Made by a program: the position numbers and the translations under genes
Shown here: one piece after another, positions 36,811 through 49,000 of the stretch
How positions within the stretch are numbered: the stretch's first letter is position 1
Layout of the letters: each line of letters opens with the position of its first letter
Virus record (IMG/VR): IMGVR_UViG_3300022242_000023
Coordinates: 1-64,000 of that record
Direction: 5' to 3' (one strand)
Length of the DNA: 64,000 bases
From: a virus
Taxonomy: Duplodnaviria; Caudoviricetes
The notes under the pieces: generated by a model
The model's database searches: none
Seen by the model: only the letters and a program-made list of their open reading frames with translations
Told to the model about the DNA's origin: nothing

Positions 36811-36931
36811 AAAAGAACTTCGTTATCATAATTCTGATACGCATTTTTACATATATCATGTAACAAATTTTTATTTAAATTCATATGAATATATTTCACT
36901 CAGTACTTTAGAAAATTTATTTATAAGATGA
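36788..36931 (+). CDS. microprotein B22
   Basis: 47 aa MRYTIKN...LSTLENLF. Confidence 0.65.
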   Translation: MRYTIKNRKELRYHNSDTHFYIYHVTNFYLNSYEYISLSTLENLFIR

Positions 36932-37071
36932 ATTATAAAAAGATATTTATTATAAAAAGACTAACATATCATGATGGGTTTGACACATTAACATTATTGT
37001 TTAAATCAGATGGTGCATATAGATATATAAATTGGAAATTTACTATTAATGAAATTGAAAAACTTATATAA
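36928..37071 (+). CDS. microprotein B23
   Basis: 47 aa MNYKKIF...INEIEKLI. Confidence 0.65.
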   Translation: MNYKKIFIIKRLTYHDGFDTLTLLFKSDGAYRYINWKFTINEIEKLI

Positions 37072-37072
37072 T

Positions 37073-37249
37073 ATGTTTAAAATAAAAATGATTAATACTA
37101 GAGCAGAAGGATTTCGATGCTCTATTCATTATAATCATGAAGAACTCCTTATTCTTGGTAGCGAGTATACTAATAAAGTAACACACGGCACTAGTCTTAT
37201 CTTTGATATTATAGAATATAGATTAGTTAATAGATATAGAATTAATTAA
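37073..37249 (+). CDS. microprotein B24
   Basis: 58 aa MFKIKMI...FDIIEYRL. Confidence 0.65.
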   Translation: MFKIKMINTRAEGFRCSIHYNHEELLILGSEYTNKVTHGTSLIFDIIEYRLVNRYRIN

Positions 37250-37264
37250 TATAAAATAATTAAA

Positions 37265-37399
37265 ATGTATATCATACGTAAAAATACACTAACTAAATTT
37301 GGTTATACACTAATTAAAAAATCAAATAATTTCCATAAAGCATGGTCAGGTATATCTTTAAGATATGCAGAATCTATTATATCACATAATAAATTATGA
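37265..37399 (+). CDS. microprotein B25
   Basis: 44 aa MYIIRKN...LRYAESII. Confidence 0.65.
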   Translation: MYIIRKNTLTKFGYTLIKKSNNFHKAWSGISLRYAESIISHNKL

Positions 37400-37403
37400 G
37401 AAA

Positions 37404-37553
37404 ATGAAAAATAAAATATTTACTCTAAGAAAACCATTGTTTAATCATCATTTTATAGTTCTTATTTTATACAATCCTACAAGAGTTCTTCAAGGAGATA
37501 TTGAAACATTAGAAAAACTTATAGTACATTATTATCATGAACGTAATCCATAA
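37404..37553 (+). CDS. microprotein B26
   Basis: 49 aa MKNKIFT...IETLEKLI. Confidence 0.65.
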   Translation: MKNKIFTLRKPLFNHHFIVLILYNPTRVLQGDIETLEKLIVHYYHERNP

Positions 37554-37755
37554 AAGTTTATCATCAGATATATATGAATTAAAGTCTACTAGAAATAATA
37601 TTACAATGCCATACAAAACTATTATACCTACTCTTGAAAAAGTTAAAGTTTATGAAATATATATTAATAATGGGAAAGATTTACTTGAAATAGGGTACGA
37701 AATATCCTATGTGGAATATCATTTAAAATTACTTCTTAAATCAAATAAAATATGA
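37537..37755 (+). CDS. microprotein B27
   Basis: 72 aa MNVIHKS...ISYVEYHL. Confidence 0.65.
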   Translation: MNVIHKSLSSDIYELKSTRNNITMPYKTIIPTLEKVKVYEIYINNGKDLLEIGYEISYVEYHLKLLLKSNKI

Positions 37756-37919
37756 AATGCATTTTTAAAAATGTAAAAGGGAAAGGTTACTATAGTTATT
37801 TTATTACTAATTTATATACTATTTTATATCCCAGAGACGTACTTGTTGATCCATCTAGTGGAACTTATATGCAGATATCTTCTTTAGAAGAATTAGTAGA
37901 TTTTCACAAACAGATTTAA
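37752..37919 (+). CDS. microprotein B28
   Basis: 55 aa MKCIFKN...ISSLEELV. Confidence 0.65.
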   Translation: MKCIFKNVKGKGYYSYFITNLYTILYPRDVLVDPSSGTYMQISSLEELVDFHKQI

Positions 37920-37934
37920 AGAATGGTTTAAAGA

Positions 37935-38093
37935 ATGGAAAATAATAAAATCAAAATAATCAAGCATTCTTCTGGATATACCCTCTTTCCAAAACCTTTA
38001 AGATTTGATATATATGAAAATTTTTGTGTAATGTTAACAGGAACTTCTGATCTTAACATCAAAGATGTAGAAAGATTTATAAAAACTATGTAA
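37935..38093 (+). CDS. microprotein B29
   Basis: 52 aa MENNKIKIIK...IKDVERFI. Confidence 0.65.
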   Translation: MENNKIKIIKHSSGYTLFPKPLRFDIYENFCVMLTGTSDLNIKDVERFIKTM

Positions 38094-38105
38094 AATAATT
38101 ATAAT

Positions 38106-38417
38106 ATGAAAATAGAAAAATACATTGAAATTTTAGAAAAATTAAAATCTAAAATTATACCTATGACAGGGTATAAAGAATTAAATTACAACTCTAAATG
38201 TTTAGCAATAGAGAAGTTTAATTATCTGGTTACAGATAAAACATATGATAAAATATGTAAAAAATTACATAAAGAATTCGTAAAAGAATTAGAACTAGAT
38301 GAGCAAAGAAGTTCTGAAGAATATGTAACTATTCAGAAACTAGTATCTCAAAAGATAAAAGTTGGCACTCAAGAAGAAGTTAGTAAAAACTTAGAAATAA
38401 ATAAAATTATAACTTAA
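38106..38417 (+). CDS. hypothetical protein (last + strand gene)
   Basis: 103 aa; stop codon overlaps the stop of the convergent - strand gene. Confidence 0.7.
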   Translation: MKIEKYIEILEKLKSKIIPMTGYKELNYNSKCLAIEKFNYLVTDKTYDKICKKLHKEFVKELELDEQRSSEEYVTIQKLVSQKIKVGTQEEVSKNLEINKIIT

Positions 38418-41400
38418 TTTTCTTCTTTGTTAGATTTTTTATCAGGAAGGGCTATCATTGATTTAGATTCAGGATAATCAGTAGTACTTTTTGCTATAGG
38501 GAGTGCTGCAAGTTTTCCAACCATTTTAGCAACAAAACCTAAAGGAAAATTTGCAACACTATACCATTCTGTATCATTTATTAACTGGTTCTTAATATAA
38601 GTATTCTTTCCTGATATACTTGTTGCAATTGAAGTCTTTTCTTTACCTAAAGCTTCATTTATATAACCTCCATACAAGTTTTCAAACCAACCTCTTACAA
38701 GAGGTATAGATTTAATGAAGTCCTTTTGAGTTTTTGAATATCCAGCATACATTCCAGATTTTACTTCAGTAGAACCAAACATTACTTCTGAAGCAATTAC
38801 AAAAGGTAATGTGAATATATTGGCAAAATTCTTAAGTTCTTCTGCACCAGAAATAGGTTCATTTATATACCTAAGAATATCAGATGCTGATACTCTAGAT
38901 TCTTGTTCCATCAATGCTCTTGTAGATAAATATACAAGATATTTTGTCCAAGGATCTTCATCATCGTCATCTCCTAGTATCATAGCATTAAGTACATAAG
39001 CTAACATAAATGTCATACTTGTAGCTGCAGCCATAAGGCTTACTCTATAAAAACCTTCTTTAACTTCAGGTTCTGCATCTGTAAGCTTATCTCTTAATTC
39101 TACCCATTTCATAGGATTTAACAATTGGATAACATTTCCATCAAAAGGATCTAAAAATGCCTTCCAATAACCTATTTCTTTCTCTTGAGTACCATAATTA
39201 AATTGCTTACTTTTAAACCCTCTTTCTAACATTTGAAATAACCATCCAGTGTTAATAGTACTAAACTGGAGCATTACATCATTATATGCTTGACCTTTAT
39301 CAACATCCAAAGGTACACTATCTAACCTTGAAGCTATGATTTTTACTCTATTTTTGTAAAAAGCTATAGCTTCAGGTGTGACATAACTCTTATATGCCAC
39401 TTTGCCGTTATTGCCATCCATGCCGTCATATAAAGTAGGTGCACTATCAAATTCATCAACATTACGGTTAGGATTCTGCTTAACAAACAGATCCCAGGAT
39501 TGCTTAGTATAAAAATTACCGTCTATAAACCTAATATTATGAGCAGTAGCAATTAATGCTTCATATTTCAAGGCAACGTCAGCAAGTCTCCATCCTCCCC
39601 AATCTACCATATTTTTATTAAATCTTAGAATCTTATTTCTATTAGTATCTTGAAAATTACGTTCAATACTGTCCACAAGTCCTATGTCTTGAGCAATTAT
39701 TGATATTTTAGACTGTTTAATAGGAGAATTTAGATCCTTGATTACATCAGCAGAATGCTTTATAAAGAATTCCTTTTTAGCAAAGAGATTAGATTCTTTA
39801 GTATTATATTTACCTAATATAGATTCTATAGTGTTCTCAATCTGACCAGATATGTAACCTGTAATCATTGAAGGGATATTTCCTAATAATCTTTGATTTA
39901 TTGTATACTTTTTAAGTGTAGAAGCAAATTTATGAAAAGCGCTTAAATGACCACCTTTATTAAACATTTCACCTTGAATAATAACCTTCTTCATATGCTC
40001 AAGCTTATGCAAAAGATAATCTTCAACCTCATCCTTACTCTTAAAGATATCAAAGATCTTATATAACCCCCCTTTTGGAACATGTGAGTCCTCTCTTTCT
40101 GTATGTTTAGCGGCTTCTATTATACCATTTAACTCTGGAAGAACTTCCATGAATTCTCCATAATGATTAGACATTTCTGTGAACATAGATATACTTTTCA
40201 CTAAATCCAAAGAAATGTTATCAGCTTCTTCTAATTTAGACAAAAATCTAATCCTTGGTCTATCTATAATTTCACTTTTTGTAGCAACTTCTATCCTATC
40301 AGCATATAACAGATCATCCTCTTTTACAGTGAAAGTATCTGTAAATTTATCATATAAACCAGCACCTTTATTCTTTTGATATAAGATGTCCATATAAGAC
40401 CTAGAAATCTGCGGTAAACGATTTACTAATTCATATGAGTAATTAAGTGGAAGTCTTTCTTGCGCCTTCTGATGAGCTTCCTTTAAAGCCTCAAGTACAC
40501 TCAGAGCTTCAGGATTAGAAGTCTTAAGATTATTATACTGAGAACTTCTATAATCATTAGTTGGTATAGCAGCTCCAGTAATAGGATTTATGTTAGTAGA
40601 ACCATCTGAGGGTACAGATAACTCCCCTGTATAATAAGTAACTGTATAAGTTACATCATCTTCAATAATCTCTTTTACATGTACATTCTTGGCTAACCAG
40701 TGTTTAAACTGAGTTTTGCTCATGGAAGCTTGTCTTTTTGCTATAATATTAGTAGCATCAGGATGAGCCATTGTATTCTTGCTATACCAATCTGACCAAA
40801 GCTTATTATAAGTCTTTTCTAGCTCTTTAATATGCTTACCTAGAGGAGTTGTAGGATTATTATATCCAAATAACTCATCAATTTTCTTCTGTTCTGAAGG
40901 TATTTTTACATTGAATCCAGCTTTCCTAGATATATCTTCTATCTTTTTGATTATATTTAAGGACCCTTCTTCTCTAGCTTTATTCCATTTTGTTATATTA
41001 AATGGATTTAACCAGTAATGAGTAGGTTTACCATTCTCATCAAGCTCTTGGAATTCTCTAGCATCATACTTTTTACCAGCAATTTTCTGTAAAAGATCTA
41101 TAGATGATGAATTAGTTTTAGAATGGATAACATTTAGTACATCCATTAACTTTTTATTATAAATACCCAATAAGTCTTCTTTAGCATTTTGTGCAGCGCC
41201 CCACTTGAAATTTAATATACCTATATTATATAGTTTAATGGTATCCTGACTAATCCTTCTCTCCAAATCAGGATTTATTCCTACATATTGTTTAAATAAG
41301 TTTTTAACCTGGTTAGAAGCTTCATTATTCATGAAATCCTGGATAGTACCCAGTTTAATCTTAGAAGCTTGTATTACTTTATTAAGTTTCTTATTGGCCT

Positions 41401-43087
41401 CTGGACTTAGTTCTTTGAAAGTATGATTATTAGTAAACATTCTATTCAAAGTCTCTACAATAGGAGCATATAGAGACAGAGCTTCAGTAAATCCATAATA
41501 CTCTGATAATCCAAATTCTAACTGGTTATTCTTAATCTTCTGGATAGCATCTTGATAAGAATTCAGATCTTGGATAATACCTCCAACACCATCTCCATTA
41601 GGTCCAAAAAAGAACATGAATATTCCAGCTTCAAATTTCTCTTTAGAAATCTGAGCTTCAATAGATTTTATCCTATCATTAGTATCTTCTATCTTTTTGA
41701 TGTTCTTTTCATCTAAAGCATCAGCTTTAATCAAAGCATATAGCTCTGTTAGATCAGCTAATCTTGTTTTTTCTGCAGGTGTAAGAGGTGTAGGAGAATT
41801 CTTTAATGTACTAATTTCAGTAGCTAACTGATTAAGATTAGAGATAGCTAATGAATTTGTTAAATCAATTTTCCTCCGTTTAAGTTCTTCATTATATAAT
41901 CCTATCTTCTTTTCAGCTAACTCTTGTTTCCTAGCTTCTAATTTATTAATTAGAGCCCTAGATAAGTTCTCTGAAAAATCAATATTATTAACTGTAATTT
42001 CTGTACCTAAGCCTAAACCTCTACTAGTTAAAGAAGACTGGAAAGAATCTGATCTTACTTCAGCTACAGATCTGTTTAATAAACTATTTAACTGATCAGT
42101 AATATCAGTTTTACTTACATTATGTGTTAAACGTATTTGCCTAAAGATCTTTCCTAGAACATAGTTTAATACTTTTTCTAATTGAGATAGTACTCTTTGA
42201 GATAAAGATTCAGATCTTACTTGGTCATAAATAGCTTGTGCCATTAATTTACCTATGATCTCTTTATCCATCTTTTCTTGATCTCCCTTATATAGTTTAT
42301 GATAATGTCTAAAATTACGTTTATATGTTTCTGTCAATTTAAAATCTTCATCAACACCATTAGACTTTAGATCTCTTATATTTTTAAATATAGGTTGGTC
42401 CCAGAACATATCTGTAAGAAAGTGGAAAGCTTCTTCTGATAATGTAGTACCATCCTGATTATCTTTAGATACAGCTATTATATTGTTCAATAAGTCAGCA
42501 ATACCTATGTCAGTAATTTCTAACCCTGTTTTCTGTTTGTATCTTACTTTAAAGTCTTCTAGGTTTTCTACAGTTACACCTATCTTGGCTAAAATAGATT
42601 TCATAAACTTGTTAAGCTTATGATTTACTTTCATCCTGTCCTTATCATGTTCTGTTTGATGCATGAACTCAGAGTCTTCATTTAATTCCTGCTCCATAAG
42701 AGCTCTGTCTCCATTAAAGAATTGAAGATCTCTACTAAAATCTACTGGAACAGGATTCTTCTCTGTTAACTTATTAAATTCATGTTCTACATATGCAGGA
42801 TTTACAAATACTTCTACCATTACAGGATTATACCTGTCTTTTTCAAAATATCTGGCTCTAACATTGTCTTTAAACTTTCTATTAATCTCCTCCATTTTAG
42901 ACTTAGCAATATTTAAAGCTACTGTTCTTTTATCATTAGCTTTGTTATTTCTAACCTTCTGTGAGTTTTTTATATAAAATCTATTGTTAGTACCTTCTAC
43001 AGCTCCATAAGTATATCTTTCTGCAATGAGTTCGTCATGCACTCTTTTTAAAATTCTATTCTTTATATCTAATCTACAAGGTTTCAT
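38414..43087 (-). CDS. large virion/ejection protein downstream of the virion RNA polymerase
   Basis: 1557 aa, mostly helical; zincin-like EEAFH; position matches the large genes flanking crAss-like vRNAP. Confidence 0.75.
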   Translation of the reverse strand: MKPCRLDIKNRILKRVHDELIAERYTYGAVEGTNNRFYIKNSQKVRNNKANDKRTVALNIAKSKMEEINRKFKDNVRARYFEKDRYNPVMVEVFVNPAYVEHEFNKLTEKNPVPVDFSRDLQFFNGDRALMEQELNEDSEFMHQTEHDKDRMKVNHKLNKFMKSILAKIGVTVENLEDFKVRYKQKTGLEITDIGIADLLNNIIAVSKDNQDGTTLSEEAFHFLTDMFWDQPIFKNIRDLKSNGVDEDFKLTETYKRNFRHYHKLYKGDQEKMDKEIIGKLMAQAIYDQVRSESLSQRVLSQLEKVLNYVLGKIFRQIRLTHNVSKTDITDQLNSLLNRSVAEVRSDSFQSSLTSRGLGLGTEITVNNIDFSENLSRALINKLEARKQELAEKKIGLYNEELKRRKIDLTNSLAISNLNQLATEISTLKNSPTPLTPAEKTRLADLTELYALIKADALDEKNIKKIEDTNDRIKSIEAQISKEKFEAGIFMFFFGPNGDGVGGIIQDLNSYQDAIQKIKNNQLEFGLSEYYGFTEALSLYAPIVETLNRMFTNNHTFKELSPEANKKLNKVIQASKIKLGTIQDFMNNEASNQVKNLFKQYVGINPDLERRISQDTIKLYNIGILNFKWGAAQNAKEDLLGIYNKKLMDVLNVIHSKTNSSSIDLLQKIAGKKYDAREFQELDENGKPTHYWLNPFNITKWNKAREEGSLNIIKKIEDISRKAGFNVKIPSEQKKIDELFGYNNPTTPLGKHIKELEKTYNKLWSDWYSKNTMAHPDATNIIAKRQASMSKTQFKHWLAKNVHVKEIIEDDVTYTVTYYTGELSVPSDGSTNINPITGAAIPTNDYRSSQYNNLKTSNPEALSVLEALKEAHQKAQERLPLNYSYELVNRLPQISRSYMDILYQKNKGAGLYDKFTDTFTVKEDDLLYADRIEVATKSEIIDRPRIRFLSKLEEADNISLDLVKSISMFTEMSNHYGEFMEVLPELNGIIEAAKHTEREDSHVPKGGLYKIFDIFKSKDEVEDYLLHKLEHMKKVIIQGEMFNKGGHLSAFHKFASTLKKYTINQRLLGNIPSMITGYISGQIENTIESILGKYNTKESNLFAKKEFFIKHSADVIKDLNSPIKQSKISIIAQDIGLVDSIERNFQDTNRNKILRFNKNMVDWGGWRLADVALKYEALIATAHNIRFIDGNFYTKQSWDLFVKQNPNRNVDEFDSAPTLYDGMDGNNGKVAYKSYVTPEAIAFYKNRVKIIASRLDSVPLDVDKGQAYNDVMLQFSTINTGWLFQMLERGFKSKQFNYGTQEKEIGYWKAFLDPFDGNVIQLLNPMKWVELRDKLTDAEPEVKEGFYRVSLMAAATSMTFMLAYVLNAMILGDDDDEDPWTKYLVYLSTRALMEQESRVSASDILRYINEPISGAEELKNFANIFTLPFVIASEVMFGSTEVKSGMYAGYSKTQKDFIKSIPLVRGWFENLYGGYINEALGKEKTSIATSISGKNTYIKNQLINDTEWYSVANFPLGFVAKMVGKLAALPIAKSTTDYPESKSMIALPDKKSNKEEN

Positions 43088-43097
43088 ATTTTATATT

Positions 43098-46000
43098 TTA
43101 TGCTTCTCTCGTAGGCCCACATGCTGTTTCATCTTCATCAAGTGCAGGAGGACCTTTAATTTCTAAATCATCAGGGAATTCTTGTGTTTTTTCAACAGGA
43201 GAAAGCTGCTCATTTAACTTTCTTAAGATTTCATTTTTAATTTTTATAATACCAGGAGAAGATAAAGTAAGTATTTCTTTACCAGCATCTTTAGCAGATA
43301 TATCTATAATTCTATTGTCTGTTAATACATAAACTTTCAAATCTCCATGTTCAACTTTTCTTAAAGGATTATATCCATGTTTAACTTGAAACATATTTAT
43401 AAGTTTCTCATCTACTACCTCTACACCTTTTTCATCCCTTATAGTACCATTAGAGTATAATCCTAACTTTTGACCATTTACAATAATTTCTTTTTCAAGA
43501 GTTTCAACATTATCAGGTAAAATTTCTCTAATTTCATATTCTCTAGGTAATATAACATTGTCTGGAATTATGTTTTTAAGTTTTTCAAATAAACTTTTAA
43601 TTTCTTCTATTGAATATCCAGCTAATGAACTTCCAAGTTTAGTTACTAAAAATTTCTTATTTGGATTAGCTCTAGCAAATAATATCATATTTTGTAACTC
43701 TTTACCAATTTCTGATAAACTAGATGATTTTTCAACATCCCAATACTTTTTAGTTATTACTGCGTAAGATTGACCTTGCAACCCTTTACTTTGTCCTTGT
43801 ATTGCTCCAAATTTCTGTTTAGCTAGTAAAGCAGCACCTGCGCCATGAGTAGGTTTTCCTCCTTTTGAACTACCTTCATTACTACCAAATACAAATATTT
43901 CATTTGGTTTAAGAAATGTTATATTATCAGGGGTATATTCTCTGATTGTATTTACATCTTCTTCTAATTTAGGAACTTCATTTTCTGAAATTTCAATTTC
44001 TTCAGCTTTAATCTTATCATCTTGTTTGTATGTATTATTAACAGCTTTGGCAACACTATGTTCTGATTTAGTCTTTTCAGAATTGAGTTTATGATATTTC
44101 ATCTTAAAATCTGGGTAGAAACTTTGTTCATCAGCTTTAAGATTAAAGTTCTTAAATGCTTTAGGATTACCATTTAATCTTTGTATTTCATATACTCCAG
44201 CAGGATTCTTCTTATACAATACTGGTAAAGTAGCATTTTCATAATATACTGTAGAATGTAAGTATTCAGGTAATGAATCACCTTCATTACTATATATGTC
44301 TAAGAGATTTTCGTTTATCGTAAAACTAATAGGTATTACACTCTTGCTTACTTCACCATTAAATTCATTAGTAAAACTTTCACTATATTCTTCTAAAGCT
44401 TCTATATGATTTTGTATATCTACGTTTCTAGTATAGAAAGGATTTGTATATAAGATTCTTTCAGAAAGTTCTTTTTCTGACATGCTGTTCATTATATTTT
44501 TCAAATATTTAACAGGATTCTTAAATACATCTCTTACTATACTACCTTCTTCTGTAGAAGTATAAAAACTTACAGGTAACCACTGACTAAAAGAATCAAT
44601 TGTAAATCTAAAACTAGAAGTAATTAATGAATATAAACCAAGATCTTTAGCTAAAGAAGATATTTCTTCATTAGGATCTTTCATCATCTTTTCCCATAAA
44701 CTAGTTAAGTCTTCACCTTCTTCTCTACCAGGAGAAACAGCTCTACGTATTAATACTTCTTTTGTTACTTGCTCATACTTTAAAGCATTTAGAAAAGGTA
44801 AATATTCTTCATATAATTCTTTGAAATCAGATCTCTTCTTTAGATCAGCAAATCTTTTAGAGACATCTCTTATAAAGTCTTTACCTAATACTATAGAAGG
44901 ACTCATTTGGAATATCATATTATATATATCCAAATCTAACATTTTCCTATCTGATTTTTTAAACTCATCTAGTTCTAAGAACTCTGCTAAATTTGATCTT
45001 ATTTGTTCAAACTCTGGAGATAGGAAACTGAAATGTTCTTTCAAATTATTAGCCTGATCCATAGCTAACTGTATATACTTATCATTGAGTTTAAGTACAG
45101 ATGCATTTTCTTTTGAAAATTCATAATTAGCTGTCTCAGGATTGAATATAATATTTGGAACAATTAGATCTAAACCTGAAATTACAGGATCCTCTTTTTC
45201 AAAGTACTTTTTAAGTAAAGAACGTATCTTATCAATTTTATTTAAGTTATCATACAGTGTAGGTCCAAATGCTGCATCAGTATCAAACTTAGTAGCAATC
45301 ATTGCAGAAGTTAACTCGTCAGATATTTTAAAAAGCTCTTTAATTTTAACTAAAGCTACTATATCTGTAGTATTAGAATTATATTGAGTTAAACCTTTTT
45401 CAAAAACACTTCTTCCAGGATTTTTATCAAATTCTTGTTTGTAAAACTCTGTAAGAGGGAGATTTCTTTCTTTGGCAAAACTCTCTATTAACTTAGGAAT
45501 AGTGGTAGTATAATCTAAGTTAGTATTTATATAAATAGTTAAATCTTTTACTATCTTCTGATTTAAGATTAACATTATATCTCCAAAAGGTATTCCTAAC
45601 CTAAGAGCTGCCAATACCATAGAAACATTATTCCTGTCTATATTAAGTTTATCCATCAAAGGATTCTTAATATGTTCAGTAGATGCAAATAATATACTAG
45701 ATAGAGATTCAGAAATAAATTTATTATTTCTATTTCTCATATTACTTAGACTAGAATATGTATGTTGTAAGAAAGTAAAAGGTTTACTTAATTTTAATCC
45801 TTCAATATTCTGTACTACTGCATGATGCTTATTATGAGAAGCAGCAATTCCAATTATCTCTCCACCCACAATAGCTTTGTTAGCTGCATATATTTGGTAT
45901 ATAGGATCAGATATATCCATAGGAACACTAGTATCTTCTAGAACTACTCCTTTATCTTCAAATGCTTTTATTTGATCTCTTAACATATCAGCATTACCAC

Positions 46001-49000
46001 CTTTATGAAATTCTTCAGCAAAGTTTCTTGTCTGAGCAATCTTCTCATATATAGACATTCTAAGATTATGTCTAGCCATAGGAGTCTCCATTCCAGGAGG
46101 AACCATTTCTATATTACTTATAGTAATATTATCTTTAATTCTTCTAAAACGTTCTGGCTCTCTTAAGAATTCTATAGCTTCTGCTTCTACTTCACTATTA
46201 GGTATACCTCTGTTTAAAACTTTATTGAATAAAGCTTTTGCAGAACTATTATCATATTCTACAGTAAGAATTTCACCTGTATTTTCATTAAATAATTTCT
46301 TATCAGCAAAAAAACTATTTAATTCATCAACTACATAACTGAAATCTCCTTTAGTTAATTCAAAAGCTTTGAATAATACATATAGTTTATCAATATCAAA
46401 GTCTAGCCCAGTAATTGTAGTAGCTTCTTTAGGTAATATAATTAAAGAATCTGAATAACTTGGTATTAGATATTTTATTTTAATAGGGTATATTGAATAA
46501 TCCCCTTCAGTAGGAATTCTATAACCAAAAGCTTTTCGTAATTCATCTGTAGCTTCTTTACCTAATGCTTGTTCTATTCTTGTAAAATCTAAAAGACCTC
46601 TATCATCAGCTAATAAAGCTAAAGCATAATTATAAGCTGGAACAGCAGCATCAATATAATCAATTACTGTTTCACCTTTTTCATTTGTTTTATAATGTAT
46701 TTCAAGATTATCTTGGTAACTTTCTAAATCTGTAAATCCAACAGAAGAAGCATTTACAAAAGGAGCACCAGGAACTTTGTTATTTAAAGCTTTCTTAGTC
46801 TTAGAGTTGATTAGTTTAAGATTATCATCTATAGTCAAAGGAAAATTTAAAGGAATATTCAAATCTCCATCTTGGTGCTTGGATAAACTTTCTATTACAG
46901 ACATAGGTTTACCTTGCTCACTAGCTTGAGCTAATAATGTATTTCTTAAACTATCTGTATCTTTTAATGCCTCATTTAAACTAACTCTATTTTCATCTAT
47001 ATCTCTAGTAAAAGTTTCATCTAATACAGATCTAACTTGTTCTGGAGTCATTTTACCATAACCTTCTACCTCTACTTCTTCTTCAAGATTAGCTGGCATG
47101 ATTACTTTAAACTGAGATCCTTCTTCTATTTTACCTTGAAAGTGTTTTTCACTAGGAACAATGTTTTGTCTACCATACCCTTCCATAGAAGTTTCCACTA
47201 CAGATGCTAATATAGTATCTATGTCCATATTATCTATTGATTCTCTTTTGAGAACTTTAGAATTATCTCTATCAACTTTATTAACACTTTGAAAACTTAT
47301 TCCATCAATACCGTGTTCATGAAATAAATAAAGAATTTTAGCTAAGAAAGGTCTTCTATATTTTGAAAAATCAGTTTTGTCAGAAGGTTTTTCAACTTTA
47401 AAATCTTTAGTTAACCATGCCATAGCTGGAGTAAGAGTATACTCTGAGTTCTTCTCTTGGAAAGGTCTTAATAATTCTCCAGACTCTTCTTGGTTAAAAT
47501 AGTAAGGTTTTTGAACAGGGAAAACAAATTCTGCAGATTCACCATTCTTAATTCTTTCAGCAATTTCTATTTCACGATCAGAAATTTCATCAAATCCTCT
47601 CATAACATCTACTGTAAAATCAATAGAGTTTATGGTTTGAGCATCTGTAATATTATGACCTTTATTATAGTCTCCAGCTAATTCAGGAAAGTCTTCTTTG
47701 AGAGTATCTAATTCATTACTTGGAATTAATATATCATCTACAGTTATCCTTCTCTTTTTTCTAGGAGTTCCATCTTTATATGTAAAGAGCGCATGTTGCT
47801 TAGGTGAATGAGCTTCTTTAAACCTCTTAAGAAAGTCTACTAATAAACTATTTTTATAATCAAAAGGTGCATCATCAGACTTATATGTACCATAAAAAGC
47901 AGGATCTCCAGCTAATAAAGGTATTAACTGAGTATTATAATAATACTGATTAAAGAATTGAGTCTTTATATCACCTTCTAAGTCATCTTTAAAGCTAGAA
48001 CTACTATCATCTATTATATCATCAGTTTTAACAAGTTTTGAACCTTCTTTAACTAATACTCCATCCTTTACTAATTTTTCAGTATATGCTTCAAACTTTT
48101 TATTTAAAACACTAGATATAAAACCTTCTAATCTTTCAGTGAGTTCTGGTCCTAATTCTACTCCGCCATTTGCTTTATACAATTCTATAATAGTATCCTT
48201 TTTAGAATTTAAAAAAGGTAATAGTATAAAATGTTTACCGTTTATGTTAAAGTTTCTGTAATTGGTTTTGTTATTTTCAAGATATATAATCCTATTTAAT
48301 TCAGCATGCGCAGTTCTAACTAATTTATTTACTACGTCATCCAAGGATACTGTTGGAGCATTCATATACCCAGAAGATGTAGCATCAGAAAACGGAGGTA
48401 AAGCAATTACTATCTCCTTACCATTACTATTATACATTCTTTCTAATGCATAATTTAACTGCTGAGTAATTAGGTCATAATTAAAATACTTGTTATAAGT
48501 AATTCCATTATATGTACCTTTTATACCTATACCATTATCATAATGAGGTTCAAATATCTCTATAGATTTGCTCAATAAAGCATCATATATAGGTAAGTCT
48601 TTATGTAAGATCTTATTCTTAATTGTAGCTAAAGCAGATTTAGGACTTTCTTTAAACTTGTTAAAGAGAGTTGTCAAATGATTATTCATCTGATGAATAT
48701 ATTCAGCTTCACCTTGAACAGTTGTAATATTCATTACATATGATTGCTGATCATGTTTAGCTAATAAATCAGATACTTCTTTTATCTGTTGCTTTGTAAG
48801 TTTGCTTTCAATGACACTGAAAGGATTTTTACCTTCTTTAATTGCATTAAATACTGGTAGAGCATTAATGCTCAAGCTCTTGTTAGAGAATTCATTACTT
48901 TCAAGCTCTACAGCAATTTCTTGATCAATGTTATAACCTAAGAAAGTATATATACGTTCTATGTCTACAGCATTAAGAAGATTATTATTAGTAATACTAT

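Noticed and set aside
33703-38093. Integron cassette array, CRISPR or DGR explanation for the microprotein array
   Set aside because: No repeated intergenic DNA or attC-like palindromes, genes overlap directly, and no integrase or reverse transcriptase is present in the window.
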